Of a DNA stretch of 64,000 bases, positions 1 to 9,614 are shown piece by piece; positions within the stretch are counted from its first letter, which is position 1, and every line of letters starts with the position of its first letter. The translations under genes were made by a program, and so were the position numbers. Source of the DNA: an uncultured Eubacteriales bacterium. GTDB lineage: Bacteria > Bacillota > Clostridia > Christensenellales > CAG-138. Location of the stretch: positions 46,577-110,576 of the forward strand of contig CACXMS010000001.1 of NCBI GenBank assembly GCA_902768795.1, read 5' to 3'. Under the pieces are notes generated by a model. That model searched no databases, had not been told where the DNA came from, and worked only from the letters and a program-made list of their open reading frames with translations.

Positions 1-1
1 T

Positions 2-583
2 ACCAGCGAACACAGCATGATCGGCCGGTTCCAGAACACCTTCCTCGAGGAATCGCAGGTCCCGCAGCGGCTGACGTCCTATTCGCCCTGCTTCCGCAAG
101 GAAGTCGGCGCGCACGGCATTGAGGAGCGCGGCGTTTACCGCATCCACCAGTTTGAAAAGCAGGAGATGATCGCCGTTTGCCGTCCCGAAGAAAGCGACG
201 CAATCTACGACGAGCTTTGGAAGAACACGGTCGACTTCTTCCGTTCCCTGGACATTCCGGTGCGGACGCTCGGCTGCTGCTCCGGCGATCTGGCCGATCT
301 GAAGGTGAAGTCGCTTGACGTCGAGGCATGGTCGCCGCGGCAAAAGAAGTACTTTGAGGTCGGAAGCTGCTCCAATTTGGGCGACGCGCAGGCGAGACGG
401 CTCGGCATCCGCATCAGGAACAAGGAAAAAGGCAACTATTTTGCACACACGCTGAACAACACCGTCGTCGCGCCGCCGCGCATGCTGATCGCTTTCCTTG
501 AGAACAATCTCAACGCGGACGGCACCGTTCGCATTCCCGAAGTGCTGCGCCCCTATATGGGCGGCAAAGCGCAGATCGGCTGA
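2..583 (+). CDS. serS: Seryl-tRNA synthetase, C-terminal part (5' end outside window)
   Basis: The ORF is open to the window edge. It carries class II aaRS core motifs (SPCFRKE.G..G...RG..R.HQF.K.E and NNT..A.PR). A hairpin terminator lies downstream. Confidence 0.9.
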   Translation, partial: TSEHSMIGRFQNTFLEESQVPQRLTSYSPCFRKEVGAHGIEERGVYRIHQFEKQEMIAVCRPEESDAIYDELWKNTVDFFRSLDIPVRTLGCCSGDLADLKVKSLDVEAWSPRQKKYFEVGSCSNLGDAQARRLGIRIRNKEKGNYFAHTLNNTVVAPPRMLIAFLENNLNADGTVRIPEVLRPYMGGKAQIG

Positions 584-604
584 TCCGAAGCCCCAAAAAA
601 TCAG

Positions 605-639
605 CGTCCGTCGACCGGATTTCGATCGACGGACGTTTT
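605..639. terminator. Bidirectional rho-independent terminator between serS and the GNAT gene
   Basis: Perfect 10-bp stem cgtccgtcga/tcgacggacg. It is followed by TTTT on the plus strand and preceded by an A-run (a T-run on the minus strand). Confidence 0.6.
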
Positions 640-651
640 GTGCTTCCACCG

Positions 652-1116
652 TCAGGAATCGATCCCGTAGCGGTGCCGATACACCCGGGCGGGCGTATCC
701 TCCCCGTCGCCCTGCGCCGTGCAGAAAAACTGCCAACCGTACCGCTCATAGAACGCGGTATGGTCTGTCAACAGATACAGCGTGTCGATCCCGTATTCAT
801 GCAGATCGCTGCAGACCAATTTCAAAAGCGCCCCCGCGATCCCCTGCTTGCGATACGCTTCCTCCACATAGACCGCGCAGACATTCGGCGCGAGATCCTT
901 CCGATCGTGAAAATCGTTTTCGATCACGCCGAGCCCGCCTGCGATCCGATCGCCGTCCATCGCAATATACCATTGCGGAACGGCTTTTGATGCATTCATT
1001 TCATGCATGCTCTCCCGATACGCCGATTCCGGGATTCCCCACTTCTCATGGAACCAGCGGCATGCCCGTTCCTGCAGATCCAAATGTTCTCTCAATCTAT
1101 TATAACGAATTTGCAT
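652..1116 (-). CDS. GNAT family N-acetyltransferase
   Basis: 154 aa with an acetyl-CoA binding-like segment (VYVEEAYRKQGIAGALL). GGGAGA RBS before the ATG. Confidence 0.75.
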   Translation of the reverse strand: MQIRYNRLREHLDLQERACRWFHEKWGIPESAYRESMHEMNASKAVPQWYIAMDGDRIAGGLGVIENDFHDRKDLAPNVCAVYVEEAYRKQGIAGALLKLVCSDLHEYGIDTLYLLTDHTAFYERYGWQFFCTAQGDGEDTPARVYRHRYGIDS

Positions 1117-1134
1117 ATTTATTTTTCTCCCTTC

Positions 1135-2661
1135 TCAAATCCGAACCAGCCCGCTTTGATCCATCCTGTACACGGTCGAAGCAACCTCCTCCAGATATTT
1201 GCGGTCATGGGAAACGGCGATGATCGCGCCCCGGAAGGATCGCAGCAGCGTCCGCACCGCCGGCGCCGAAAGCGGACTGAAGTTTCGCGTCGGTTCATCC
1301 AGGATCAGCACATTGTTCCGGTCAAGAATCAATTTCAGCAGCAGAATCTTTGCACGCTGCCCGCCCGAAAGCTGCCGCATCGGATGCTCCGCTTCCTCGG
1401 CGGTGTATTTCATGCTGCCGAGATAGATGCGGGCTTTTGTGACAGCCGATTTTTCTCCGTCCGGCGCCAGATACGCGATCGGGCTCAGGGACGGATCCAG
1501 CAAGTCCTCATAATTTTGCGGCATATACCCGACCGAAAGATCCGTTCTCGGCAAAAGCTGTCGGGCAATCTCCTTTAGAAGCGTCGATTTGCCGCAGCCG
1601 TTTTTCCCGATGATGCAGATGTGTTCCGGCCCAATCACACGCAGCTTCAGGTTGGACGCAAGAACCCTTCCGTCTGCCGTCAGGTCCGAAAGATGGAGAT
1701 CCAGCACCGTCTTTCCGTTCTTTACGAAGACGCCTTCCTCGAACTTCGGCAGAATCGCCCACTCCGCCTCCGGTTGTTCGGTCAGCTCGCTCGCTTCCTT
1801 TTCCAGCCGCTTCCCGAGCGACTGCACCGAATGCATTTTCTTTTTCAAAAGCCGTCCGCCGGCAGGGTCTGCGCGCGAGATCGTATTTTGCGCGTGCTCC
1901 ACCGCCTGATAAACCGAGAGATACCGATCCTTCTTTTTTTGATAAGCCGCATGCTCGAACTCCGAAACCTGCGCCTGATGCCGAAACGCCCGCTCCCGGT
2001 TCCCGATATAGGTGCGATACGGAAGGCGCGACACGGTAACCCGCGGAATCGTTTTCCTGCGGACAAGCTCGATATGAATCAAAAAATCCGCTGTCCGTTC
2101 GATCAGCGTCTCATCGTGCGAAACAAACAGCACGCTCTTTTCCGTGCGCCCTAAGAACCCCTCCAGCCATTCGATCGTGTCGAGATCGAGATCGTTCGAC
2201 GGCTCGTCCAAAAGGAGCAGATCGCATTCCTTCAGAAGCAGCGCCGCAAGCTGCACCTTGATCCGCTCCCCGCCGGACAGCGTTCCGAGCGGCCGCGATT
2301 CGAGCAAAAGCTCCGATGGGATTCCAAGCTCCTTCACAACCCGTGAAACGGCTTTCGGCGATCGCTCCGGGAAGGAGCAGTTCCTTTCCAGCCATTCATA
2401 GATCGGCGTCCCGGCTTCCGGGCCGACCAGCTCCTGCGCTAAATACCCGATCACATTCGATCCCGTTTTTTCACCGCTTACGTCCGCATACGGTTCGACA
2501 AGGGAAGGGTTTACGATCCATTTAAGCAGCGTAGACTTCCCGTTTCCCTCTTCCCCGATCAGCGCCGCCTTCTCTCCGTCGTTCAGGACAAACGAAAGGT
2601 TCTCAACCAGGACATGTTCATCTTTCTTCTGGATAATCGTTACGTTTCTGACTTGCAGCAT
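1135..2661 (-). CDS. ABC-F family ATPase (two ABC domains, no transmembrane domain)
   Basis: Two Walker A motifs (GEEGNGKST, GKNGCGKST), two LSGG signatures and a charged inter-domain linker. The start was moved to ATG 2659-2661, which is preceded by GGAGGA. The longer track ORF has no RBS. Confidence 0.85.
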   Translation of the reverse strand: MLQVRNVTIIQKKDEHVLVENLSFVLNDGEKAALIGEEGNGKSTLLKWIVNPSLVEPYADVSGEKTGSNVIGYLAQELVGPEAGTPIYEWLERNCSFPERSPKAVSRVVKELGIPSELLLESRPLGTLSGGERIKVQLAALLLKECDLLLLDEPSNDLDLDTIEWLEGFLGRTEKSVLFVSHDETLIERTADFLIHIELVRRKTIPRVTVSRLPYRTYIGNRERAFRHQAQVSEFEHAAYQKKKDRYLSVYQAVEHAQNTISRADPAGGRLLKKKMHSVQSLGKRLEKEASELTEQPEAEWAILPKFEEGVFVKNGKTVLDLHLSDLTADGRVLASNLKLRVIGPEHICIIGKNGCGKSTLLKEIARQLLPRTDLSVGYMPQNYEDLLDPSLSPIAYLAPDGEKSAVTKARIYLGSMKYTAEEAEHPMRQLSGGQRAKILLLKLILDRNNVLILDEPTRNFSPLSAPAVRTLLRSFRGAIIAVSHDRKYLEEVASTVYRMDQSGLVRI

Positions 2662-2890
2662 ACATTTTCCTCCGACAAAAAACCGCTTTCCATACGGAAA
2701 ACGGCACGTCAAGAACCCCTTTACCGGAGGGGAATACTCTGCAAACCGTTTTCCACAGGAAAAGAACCCCGCATCAGCAGGCACTTTCCGACAGAAAAAC
2801 AATCAGCAGCGCATCGGTTCCTCTCCTTCCTGATTGATTGCTTTGAATGTAGCACATCCGGTCGGATTTGTCAAGCAGCGTTCTATGGGA

Positions 2891-3580
2891 TCACCCCTTT
2901 TCCTCCGCCGTTTCTCTCCGGATCTTCTCCAGTGCTTTCGATTCAATGCGGGAGACGTAGCTTCGGGAGATTCCGAGCACGTTGGCAACTTCCCGCTGCG
3001 CCATCGGCGCTCCTCCGTTCAGTCCGAATCGCAGCGCAAGCACATTCTGTTCGCGTTTGGAAAGCACCCGTCGCATCACACGGTAGACCCGTTCGACGTC
3101 CAGCTTCTTCTGCACCTGCTCCAGGATCGAATCCTCCTCCGTGCAGACAAGATCGGCAAGCTGAAGCTCATTTCCTTCCTTATCCTGACCGATCGTCTCC
3201 TCCATCGAAACCGTCGGCACAAGCTTCCGATCGCGTCGAAAGCTCATCAGGATCTCATTCTCAATGCAGCGCGAAGCGTAGCCCGAAAGCGTTCCTTTCT
3301 CCTCCGAAAAAGACGTTACGGCCTTGATCAATCCGATCGTCCCGCAGGAAATCAAATCCTCCCGCTCCGACGGATGCTTTTCATACTTTTTCGCAATGTG
3401 TGCAACCAGCCGCAGATTATGCACGATCAGCTGCTCCCGCGCTTCTTCGTCGCCGAGCGCGAGACGCGCGATCCAGTACGCTTCCTCCTCCTTGGAGAAC
3501 GCGCTCGGAAACGCCGCTATATCCCCGATCGCCCCGATCAGACAAATGCTGTGCAGCAGGATCGAAAGAATCGTCAGCAT
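2891..3580 (-). CDS. sigK: Sporulation sigma factor SigK (pro-sigma-K), uninterrupted
   Basis: Hydrophobic pro-sequence followed by AFPSAFS (B. subtilis has AFPQPLS). Also IVHNLRLVAHIAKKY, IGQDKEGNE and ISRSYVSRIE motifs. Start 3580 was chosen from the GGTGAT RBS and the pro-sequence length. The track ORF extends to 3664. Confidence 0.85.
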   Translation of the reverse strand: MLTILSILLHSICLIGAIGDIAAFPSAFSKEEEAYWIARLALGDEEAREQLIVHNLRLVAHIAKKYEKHPSEREDLISCGTIGLIKAVTSFSEEKGTLSGYASRCIENEILMSFRRDRKLVPTVSMEETIGQDKEGNELQLADLVCTEEDSILEQVQKKLDVERVYRVMRRVLSKREQNVLALRFGLNGGAPMAQREVANVLGISRSYVSRIESKALEKIRRETAEEKG

Positions 3581-3643
3581 CGAATCACCGCCCTTTCGGG
3601 GAATCTTATGCGAATCTTCCGGATGGATTGCCGATAATTTGTA

Positions 3644-3741
3644 TTTGTTCATAAAATTCCCCATTTTATTTTATCATTTGTTCATATTTAATTCAAGGTT
3701 TGTTCATAATTAAATTGCCGTTTATTGTCGGTTCCTTCATA
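3644..3741 (-). promoter_or_regulatory. Array of four TTTGTTCATA-type boxes (SpoIIID-like when read on the sigK strand) in the sigK upstream region
   Basis: Perfect 10-mers start at 3644, 3677 and 3699, with a degenerate copy at 3732. The spacings are 33/22/33 bp. The region is an AT-rich island. Confidence 0.4.
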
Positions 3742-3812
3742 AATCTTCGGTTGTTTTGACATAATTGCAGGTTATAATGTAGGCGAAAGGAATCGAAAGG
3801 AGTTATTGGAAG

Positions 3813-3926
3813 ATGAGCAGAAAAGAATTGGATCGGTTGTTTAAGAGAATCGAACGGGCTTCCGGAATTTCGCGCGACATCAGAGTCTACCGGCTCGAGC
3901 TGCTTTGCAGGTCGCTGTTCCTCTGA
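3813..3926 (+). CDS. Hypothetical 37-aa basic protein (MSRKELDRLFKRIERASGISRDIRVYRLELLCRSLFL)
   Basis: ATG preceded by AAAGGAG. Upstream is TTGTTT-16-TATAAT (3751-3778) and downstream is a hairpin terminator. It falls below the ORF-track length cutoff and I recognise no family. Confidence 0.3.
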   Translation: MSRKELDRLFKRIERASGISRDIRVYRLELLCRSLFL

Positions 3927-3984
3927 TTCACATTGGATTCCTGTCCCCCTGGACAGCCCAATGCAGTTGACCGGACAAAAAACG

Positions 3985-4019
3985 ATCCGTCCGCAGAGTA
4001 TTTCTGCGGGCGGATTTTT
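3985..4019. terminator. Bidirectional rho-independent terminator
   Basis: 13-bp stem atccgtccgcaga/tctgcgggcggat with one wobble. TTTT follows on the plus strand and an A6 run precedes it (a T-run for the minus-strand gene ending at 4107). Confidence 0.65.
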
Positions 4020-4106
4020 CCGTCAGGATGCCGCTTTCTTACCATGCGGCAGCGTCATAAAAGAACAAAGCCGGGGGCGCTCCCCCGACTCGTCCAATAC
4101 GGTTCT

Positions 4107-5195
4107 TTACAGTCCGAGCCCCTTTGCTGTCATCGTAATGAAATCCTGTGCGTTCGTGATGATGGAACGGGCGGAGAGACTGCCGCGGTCGGCGAGCTTA
4201 TTCGCCGTGAACTCCGAAATGTCCACGCAGTAGAAATAGACCTGCCGAACGGTTCCGTCCGCCATTACGCGATAAGAAGGCGTCATGTTCCCGACGGCGA
4301 TGGAATGCAGCATCGTTGCGATGCAGATCACCGTCGTCGCCGTTCGAACCTCGCTTCGCATTGCGTCCTGCGCCTCATACACGTTCCCGTAAACCGGCGG
4401 AAGCGGCCCGTCGTCGCGGATCGAACCGGCGAGCACATAAGGCACCTGATTCCGTTCGCAGGCGGCGATGATGCCGTCCCGGATGCCCTCGGCCGCAAGA
4501 AATTTAGAAATGCTGCCGTAACAGCGCACGCGGTTGATCGTATCCAGATGGTTATAATGCCCGTTCGGCTGCCCCATCTGCGTGTAGAGATCGACGCCGA
4601 GCGCCGTTTTAAGGTATCCGCCCTCAAGGTCATGCGTCGCAAGCGCATTCCCCGCCAGCAGCGCATGCACATAGCCCGCATCGATCAGCTTTGCAAACGC
4701 CTCGCGCGAGTCACGGTCGAACGCGACGGCCGGACCGAGCACCCACAGAATCTTCCCGTGTTCGCGGTCATGGCGCAGCACGTCGTACAAATCATTGTAA
4801 TCCTTTGAAAAAGCGGTTTCGCGCGTTCGGTTCTGACGGAACGCAAAAGCGTCCCGCTCCGATCGCGTCTCCGAAAAGCCATCGGTATGAACGAAAATGC
4901 CTTCGCTCCCATCTTCGGTGCGCCCGCAGACGACAGGATCGCCCTTTCGGATGTGCCGGAATTCCAGTACGCGGATCTGCCCGTCCTTCCAGACGGGAAC
5001 GCAGTCCATCCGGCTTTCCTCCGCAAGACGCCATTCGCCGGCAATCCTGAAGTATTCCGGAAAGATGCTCATTGCGTGATAGCCCGTCGGCGCAACGAAA
5101 TCATTCGGTGCGGGTTCCAGACAAGCATCCGGCGCCGAGGAAAAACGGGCCTCCGAAAAATCCGGAGCGTGATAGCGACGCAGTTCCAATGCCAT
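4107..5195 (-). CDS. LOR/SDH conserved-domain (TIGR00300-like) protein, possible ornithine cyclodeaminase-type enzyme
   Basis: About 360 aa with LLAGNALATHD, GHYNHL and ILWVLGPAV segments that I associate with this family. Start at ATG 5193-5195 after GGGGGA. Confidence 0.55.
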   Translation of the reverse strand: MALELRRYHAPDFSEARFSSAPDACLEPAPNDFVAPTGYHAMSIFPEYFRIAGEWRLAEESRMDCVPVWKDGQIRVLEFRHIRKGDPVVCGRTEDGSEGIFVHTDGFSETRSERDAFAFRQNRTRETAFSKDYNDLYDVLRHDREHGKILWVLGPAVAFDRDSREAFAKLIDAGYVHALLAGNALATHDLEGGYLKTALGVDLYTQMGQPNGHYNHLDTINRVRCYGSISKFLAAEGIRDGIIAACERNQVPYVLAGSIRDDGPLPPVYGNVYEAQDAMRSEVRTATTVICIATMLHSIAVGNMTPSYRVMADGTVRQVYFYCVDISEFTANKLADRGSLSARSIITNAQDFITMTAKGLGL

Positions 5196-5311
5196 AGCGG
5201 TTCCCCCTTGCAAGGTTTTCTATATTATATCCGATCGCCGGCTTTCGGTCAATACAGGATGCATGGAATCGCCCTTTTTGGCATACAGTAACAAAAAAAC
5301 GGAGGCATCTC

Positions 5312-5788
5312 ATGCAAAAAGCAAACTGGAAACCGTATGCGTTCTGGATCATTGTGACGGAAGCCGTCGGCGGGATCGCCGCGCTTCTGATCCGGAACGA
5401 TACCGAGCTGTACCGCACAATCGTTGAAAAGCCGCCGCTCTCTCCCCCTGCCATCCTGTTTCCGATCGTCTGGACGATCCTGTATGCTCTGATGGCAATC
5501 GGCATGGCGCGCGTCGAACTTGCCGCCGATCCCCGGGAAAAGAAGATCTGCACGGGCATTTATCTCGGGCAGCTTGCCTTCAATTTTCTGTGGAGCATTC
5601 TGTTTTTCAAGCTGCGCGCGTTCGGCTTCGCGTTCTTCTGGCTGATCGCCCTGTGGGCGCTGATCCTGTGGATGATCGTTCGCTTTCACAAGGTCGACAA
5701 GCCCGCGGGTCTGCTGCAGATCCCATACCTTATTTGGGTGACGTTCGCCGGATACCTGAACCTCGGCGTCTGGCTTCTGAACCGATAA
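5312..5788 (+). CDS. tspO: TspO/MBR family tryptophan-rich sensory protein
   Basis: 158 aa with five hydrophobic helices. Motifs PPLSPP..LFPIVWTILY and LIWVTFAGYLN. GGAGG RBS. Confidence 0.85.
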   Translation: MQKANWKPYAFWIIVTEAVGGIAALLIRNDTELYRTIVEKPPLSPPAILFPIVWTILYALMAIGMARVELAADPREKKICTGIYLGQLAFNFLWSILFFKLRAFGFAFFWLIALWALILWMIVRFHKVDKPAGLLQIPYLIWVTFAGYLNLGVWLLNR

Positions 5789-5796
5789 TGCAGAAG

Positions 5797-5836
5797 GGAG
5801 CCGTTAAGTCCCTCTGTCGAGTTTCTTAACGGCTCC
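5797..5836. terminator. Putative hairpin between convergent tspO and dnaB
   Basis: 12-bp perfect stem ggagccgttaag/cttaacggctcc with a 16-nt loop. The T-tracts are weak. Confidence 0.45.
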
Positions 5837-5855
5837 TGTTGAATACACTCTGTTT

Positions 5856-7214
5856 TCAGACGCTTTCCTCGTCGCTTACCAGCGTGCGGAAGCGCGTATA
5901 CATGCCTTCGAAATACAGATTGATTGTCTCGATCGGGCCGTGACGGTTCTTGGCGACAATCGCCTCGGCTTCCTTTCCGGCGTTCGGATCGTACACGATC
6001 GGACGGTACAGCAGAATGACCATATCCGCGTCCTGCTCAATGGAGCCGGACTCACGCAGGTCGGAAATCATCGGGCGGTGATCCTGGCGCGTTTCCGGGC
6101 CGCGGTTCAGCTGCGCGAGCAGAACGACCGGAACCTCGAGTTCACGCGCAAGCAGCTTCAGCGCACGGGTCATGTCGGATACCTCCTGCACGCGGTTGTC
6201 GCTGCGGCGCTGTCCCATGCCGGTCCCCTGGATCAGCTGCATATAGTCGATAATCACAAGATCCAATCCCTGCTGCGCCTTTAACCGGCGGCATTTGGAG
6301 CGAATTCCGGCAACCGTAGCGCCCGCCGTGTCGTCGATAAAAAACTTGGTGGCCTGCATTTTTGCGCCGGCGTCCAAAAGACGCTGCGTTTCCTGCGCGT
6401 CCAGTGTGCCGTCCTTGATTTTCTGGGAATCAACGTCGCCTTCGGTGCAGAGGATTCGCATCATCAACTGCTCCTTGCTCATTTCGAGACTGAACACGGC
6501 GACGGAACGGTGATCGTAAATCGCCGCGTACTGACCGATGTTCATTGCAAACGCGGATTTTCCCATGGCAGGGCGGGCGGCAAGGATGATCAGATCGCTT
6601 TTCTGCAGTCCGTTCGTCAGGCGGTCGAGCTGTCGGAATCCGGTGGCTACGCCGGTCAGTTTTCCGCGGCGCGAGATCAAATCCCCGATCACGTTGACCG
6701 TCTGCGGAACGACCTCCTTTGCCGAAGCAAGCGAATCCTCGGATTTACGCATCGTAATATCGTAGATGCGGCGCTCGGCTTCATTCAAAGAGTCGTCCAC
6801 GGGCTTCTGATCGTTCATGCCGTCGCGGATCATGTCGTTGCCGAGCCGGATCAGGGAGCGCTGCATCGAGTGCTCCTCGACGATGGAAGCGTAATACGAC
6901 ACGTTCGCTGCCGTCGGAACGAAATTCATCAGTTCGGTCAGATAAACGATCCCGCCTGCGGCCTCGAGCTTTCCGCTGCGTTCGAGCGCGTTTCCGAGCG
7001 TGACAAGATCCACCGCGTTTCCGCCGAGGCGCATGTCCCGCATCGCCGTAAAAATCGCATTGTGCGCGGCAAGATAGAAGTCCTCGGGATGAAGCTGTTC
7101 AATCATCGCGTCGAGCGCTTCGTTCTCCAGAAGCATCGCGCCAAGCACGGAACGCTCGGCGTCCAGATTGTTCGGCAGGGCCCGTTCAACGGTCTGTTGC
7201 GCTTGCTGTTCCAT
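5856..7214 (-). CDS. dnaB: Replicative DNA helicase
   Basis: N-terminal ERSVLGAML, Walker A ARPAMGKSAF and the full DnaB-family layout. The start overlaps the rplI stop (TAATG). Confidence 0.95.
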   Translation of the reverse strand: MEQQAQQTVERALPNNLDAERSVLGAMLLENEALDAMIEQLHPEDFYLAAHNAIFTAMRDMRLGGNAVDLVTLGNALERSGKLEAAGGIVYLTELMNFVPTAANVSYYASIVEEHSMQRSLIRLGNDMIRDGMNDQKPVDDSLNEAERRIYDITMRKSEDSLASAKEVVPQTVNVIGDLISRRGKLTGVATGFRQLDRLTNGLQKSDLIILAARPAMGKSAFAMNIGQYAAIYDHRSVAVFSLEMSKEQLMMRILCTEGDVDSQKIKDGTLDAQETQRLLDAGAKMQATKFFIDDTAGATVAGIRSKCRRLKAQQGLDLVIIDYMQLIQGTGMGQRRSDNRVQEVSDMTRALKLLARELEVPVVLLAQLNRGPETRQDHRPMISDLRESGSIEQDADMVILLYRPIVYDPNAGKEAEAIVAKNRHGPIETINLYFEGMYTRFRTLVSDEESV

Positions 7215-7654
7215 TATTCCGTAACGACCACCGTAAACGTCGTGGATACATTCTCGAACAGACTTGCCTTCGCCGTGTACTCGCCCGTCATCTTGATCGG
7301 GTCGATCGCAATCTTCTTGCGGTCGATCTCGATCCCCTGCTGCTCCTTCAGCGCCTGCACGATTTCCTTTGCGGTAATCGCGCCGAACAGCTTCCCGTTC
7401 TCGCCGACGCGCGCTTTGATCGTGATGCGCTTGCCCTCGAGGGAAGCCGCGCTTTCGCGGGCTTTGATGCCGGCGGTGAATTTACGGTGCTGTGCCGCGC
7501 TCTTCTGAATGTTCGCGGCGTTCACCGCGGAAGCGTCCGCGGGGGCAGCCATCTTGCGCGGAAGCAGAAAATTTCTCGCGTAGCCGTCCGAAACCTCAAC
7601 GATCTCGCCCTTTTTCCCGGTTCCTTTCACATCCTGACCCAATAAAACCTTCAT
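7214..7654 (-). CDS. rplI: 50S ribosomal protein L9
   Basis: [32 protein letters not shown] is a canonical L9 N-terminus. The start was trimmed to this ATG. Confidence 0.95.
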   Translation of the reverse strand: MKVLLGQDVKGTGKKGEIVEVSDGYARNFLLPRKMAAPADASAVNAANIQKSAAQHRKFTAGIKARESAASLEGKRITIKARVGENGKLFGAITAKEIVQALKEQQGIEIDRKKIAIDPIKMTGEYTAKASLFENVSTTFTVVVTE

Positions 7655-7670
7655 AGCTCTCTGTCCTTTC

Positions 7671-9614
7671 TCAAAGCTCGTTGTTCTCCTGTTCGTATTC
7701 CTCAATCAGCGGAATCAGCTTTTCAGCCGCTTCGCTCCATGTTTCGCACTTCACCTGCGCGCCGGCCATAGTCAGATGTCCGCCGCCGCCAAGCTTTTCA
7801 AGGATCATCTGCACGTTGATGTCCCCGAGACTGCGGCCGGAAATCGCAACGAATTCCGGCGTTTCCGCCAGTACGAACGCCGCCTTGATGCCGCGAATGC
7901 CGAGCAGTTCGTCGGCCGCCTGCGCCGAAATCAGCCGGTTGTCCGGAACATCCCGTCCGCAATGCGAAATCGCAATGCCGCTTCGACGGATCTCGGCCTG
8001 CTCCACGACCTTTGCGCACTGCACAAAGCTGTCGTAATCGTTCTGGTACATCGACTTGACGGAGCCGAGATCCGCGCCGTTGCGCCGGAGGAACCCGGCG
8101 GCTTCGAAGGTGCGGGACCCGACGTTGAACGCAAACTGCTTCGTGTCGCTCGTGATGCCGGCAAGCAGCGCGCTGCAGGTAAACGACGACGGCTTTACGT
8201 TGTCCGCAAAGTATTCGATCACCTCGGTCACCATTTCGCTTGCCGAGGAGGAACGCGACTCGAGATAATGCAGCGTCGAGTTGTCGATATAATCCGCGCC
8301 GCGGCGGTGGTGATCGATCACAACGATGCGCTCGACCTTCTGCAGCAGCTCCGGCGCGGCGGTATTCGAACCGCGCTGCGTATCGACGACGACGAGAACC
8401 GAATTCGGCTGAATCAGATGCAGCGCTTCCTCCGGCGAAATGATCAGTCCGGCGGCCGAGCCCTCCTGTTCCATGCGGCGCAGCGCGTCGTCGATCATCG
8501 AATTCGATCCGTCGATCACGATGTAAGCGTGCCGGCCGACGTGATTGGCGCAGGTCATAATGCCGAGCGCCGAACCGAACGCGTCCATGTCCGCGTTGCG
8601 ATGGCCCATGATGAACACCTCGCCGCTGTTTTCAAAAAGCTGCGCGAGCGCTTTCGAGAACAAACGCGCTTTCACGCGCGACTGCCGCGCGTCCTGCTGC
8701 CGCCGTCCGCCGTAGAAACGGTAGTCAAGCCCGTCCTTCACGACGGCCTGATCGCCGCCGCGTCCGAGCGCAAGCTCCATGGCCTGCCGCGCGTCGCTTT
8801 CGGACTGCAGAATCCGCGGCGCGACGCCGAGCGCCAGCGAAATGGAAACCGTCGTGCCGGAACCCGTGTTGATGCTGTGCGCCTGCTCGATCAGCGGGAA
8901 CTTCTCCTGCTCGAGCCGTTCGGCCTGCTTGGCTTCCACAATCATCAGGAAACGTCCGTTCTCAAACCGCCGATATACGCCGCCGAACCTGCGGCAAAGC
9001 TCCGATACAAGCCGCTCAACCTCTGCAAGCACCGCCGAGCTTCGGATCTGTGAATCGCGCGTCAGATCTTCATAGTTGTCCACGTAGATCAGAACCGTGT
9101 AGGGACGCTGTTCGTCGTACAGGCGCTGATAATGTGCGGCTTCCGTGCGGTCGAGCCAATACTGCAGGATCAGCTGCTTCGCATGCTTGCGCGGAACGAC
9201 AAGGTTCATGATCTGATACGTGTTCCCGCCGACGACCTCCTGCAGGGAGTTGGCCGGGCGCGCCGGGTTATACGTTTCCAGCAGCTCGTGAATATACTTG
9301 CCCTCATAAATCTCGCGGAACGCCGGATTCCGCCAGGCGATGCGCCCGTTCACCGGATTGAACAGAAGCGCCGGGACCGTCACCTCGTTGACGAGCAGCG
9401 AAACGACCGAATCGTTCTCCCGGAACACGCGGTCCATCTGTTTTTCCTGTGTATCGGCGATCTTCATCAGCCAGAGCATCGTCGTCAGAAACAGCGCAAT
9501 GCCCGCGAGCAATGCAATCAGGGCAAGCAAATACTGCTTCGTCGGAAGGATCGCAACGGCGCAGACAACCGCAAATGCCGCTATAAAGATCAGCAAGCCC
9601 TTATACTGTTTCAT
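7671..9614 (-). CDS. gdpP: GdpP-type DHH/DHHA1 phosphoesterase (c-di-AMP phosphodiesterase family)
   Basis: Two N-terminal transmembrane helices, a PAS-like region, a degenerate GGDEF region, then DHH (IDHHRRG) and GGGGH motifs. Start at ATG 9612-9614 after GGGGGG. Synteny yybS-gdpP-rplI-dnaB. Confidence 0.9.
   Translation of the reverse strand: MKQYKGLLIFIAAFAVVCAVAILPTKQYLLALIALLAGIALFLTTMLWLMKIADTQEKQMDRVFRENDSVVSLLVNEVTVPALLFNPVNGRIAWRNPAFREIYEGKYIHELLETYNPARPANSLQEVVGGNTYQIMNLVVPRKHAKQLILQYWLDRTEAAHYQRLYDEQRPYTVLIYVDNYEDLTRDSQIRSSAVLAEVERLVSELCRRFGGVYRRFENGRFLMIVEAKQAERLEQEKFPLIEQAHSINTGSGTTVSISLALGVAPRILQSESDARQAMELALGRGGDQAVVKDGLDYRFYGGRRQQDARQSRVKARLFSKALAQLFENSGEVFIMGHRNADMDAFGSALGIMTCANHVGRHAYIVIDGSNSMIDDALRRMEQEGSAAGLIISPEEALHLIQPNSVLVVVDTQRGSNTAAPELLQKVERIVVIDHHRRGADYIDNSTLHYLESRSSSASEMVTEVIEYFADNVKPSSFTCSALLAGITSDTKQFAFNVGSRTFEAAGFLRRNGADLGSVKSMYQNDYDSFVQCAKVVEQAEIRRSGIAISHCGRDVPDNRLISAQAADELLGIRGIKAAFVLAETPEFVAISGRSLGDINVQMILEKLGGGGHLTMAGAQVKCETWSEAAEKLIPLIEEYEQENNEL

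Noticed and set aside
2891-3664. Possible skin-like intervening element or split sigK
   Set aside because: The sigma regions 2 to 4 are contiguous in one frame, and no recombinase or insertion is present.
3933-4808. 291-aa plus-strand ORF starting in the sigK/LOR-SDH intergenic region
   Set aside because: It runs through the bidirectional terminator and then antisense to the LOR/SDH-like gene. It has no RBS.
7776-9053. 425-aa plus-strand ORF
   Set aside because: It is antisense to gdpP, which carries DHH/GGGGH motifs.
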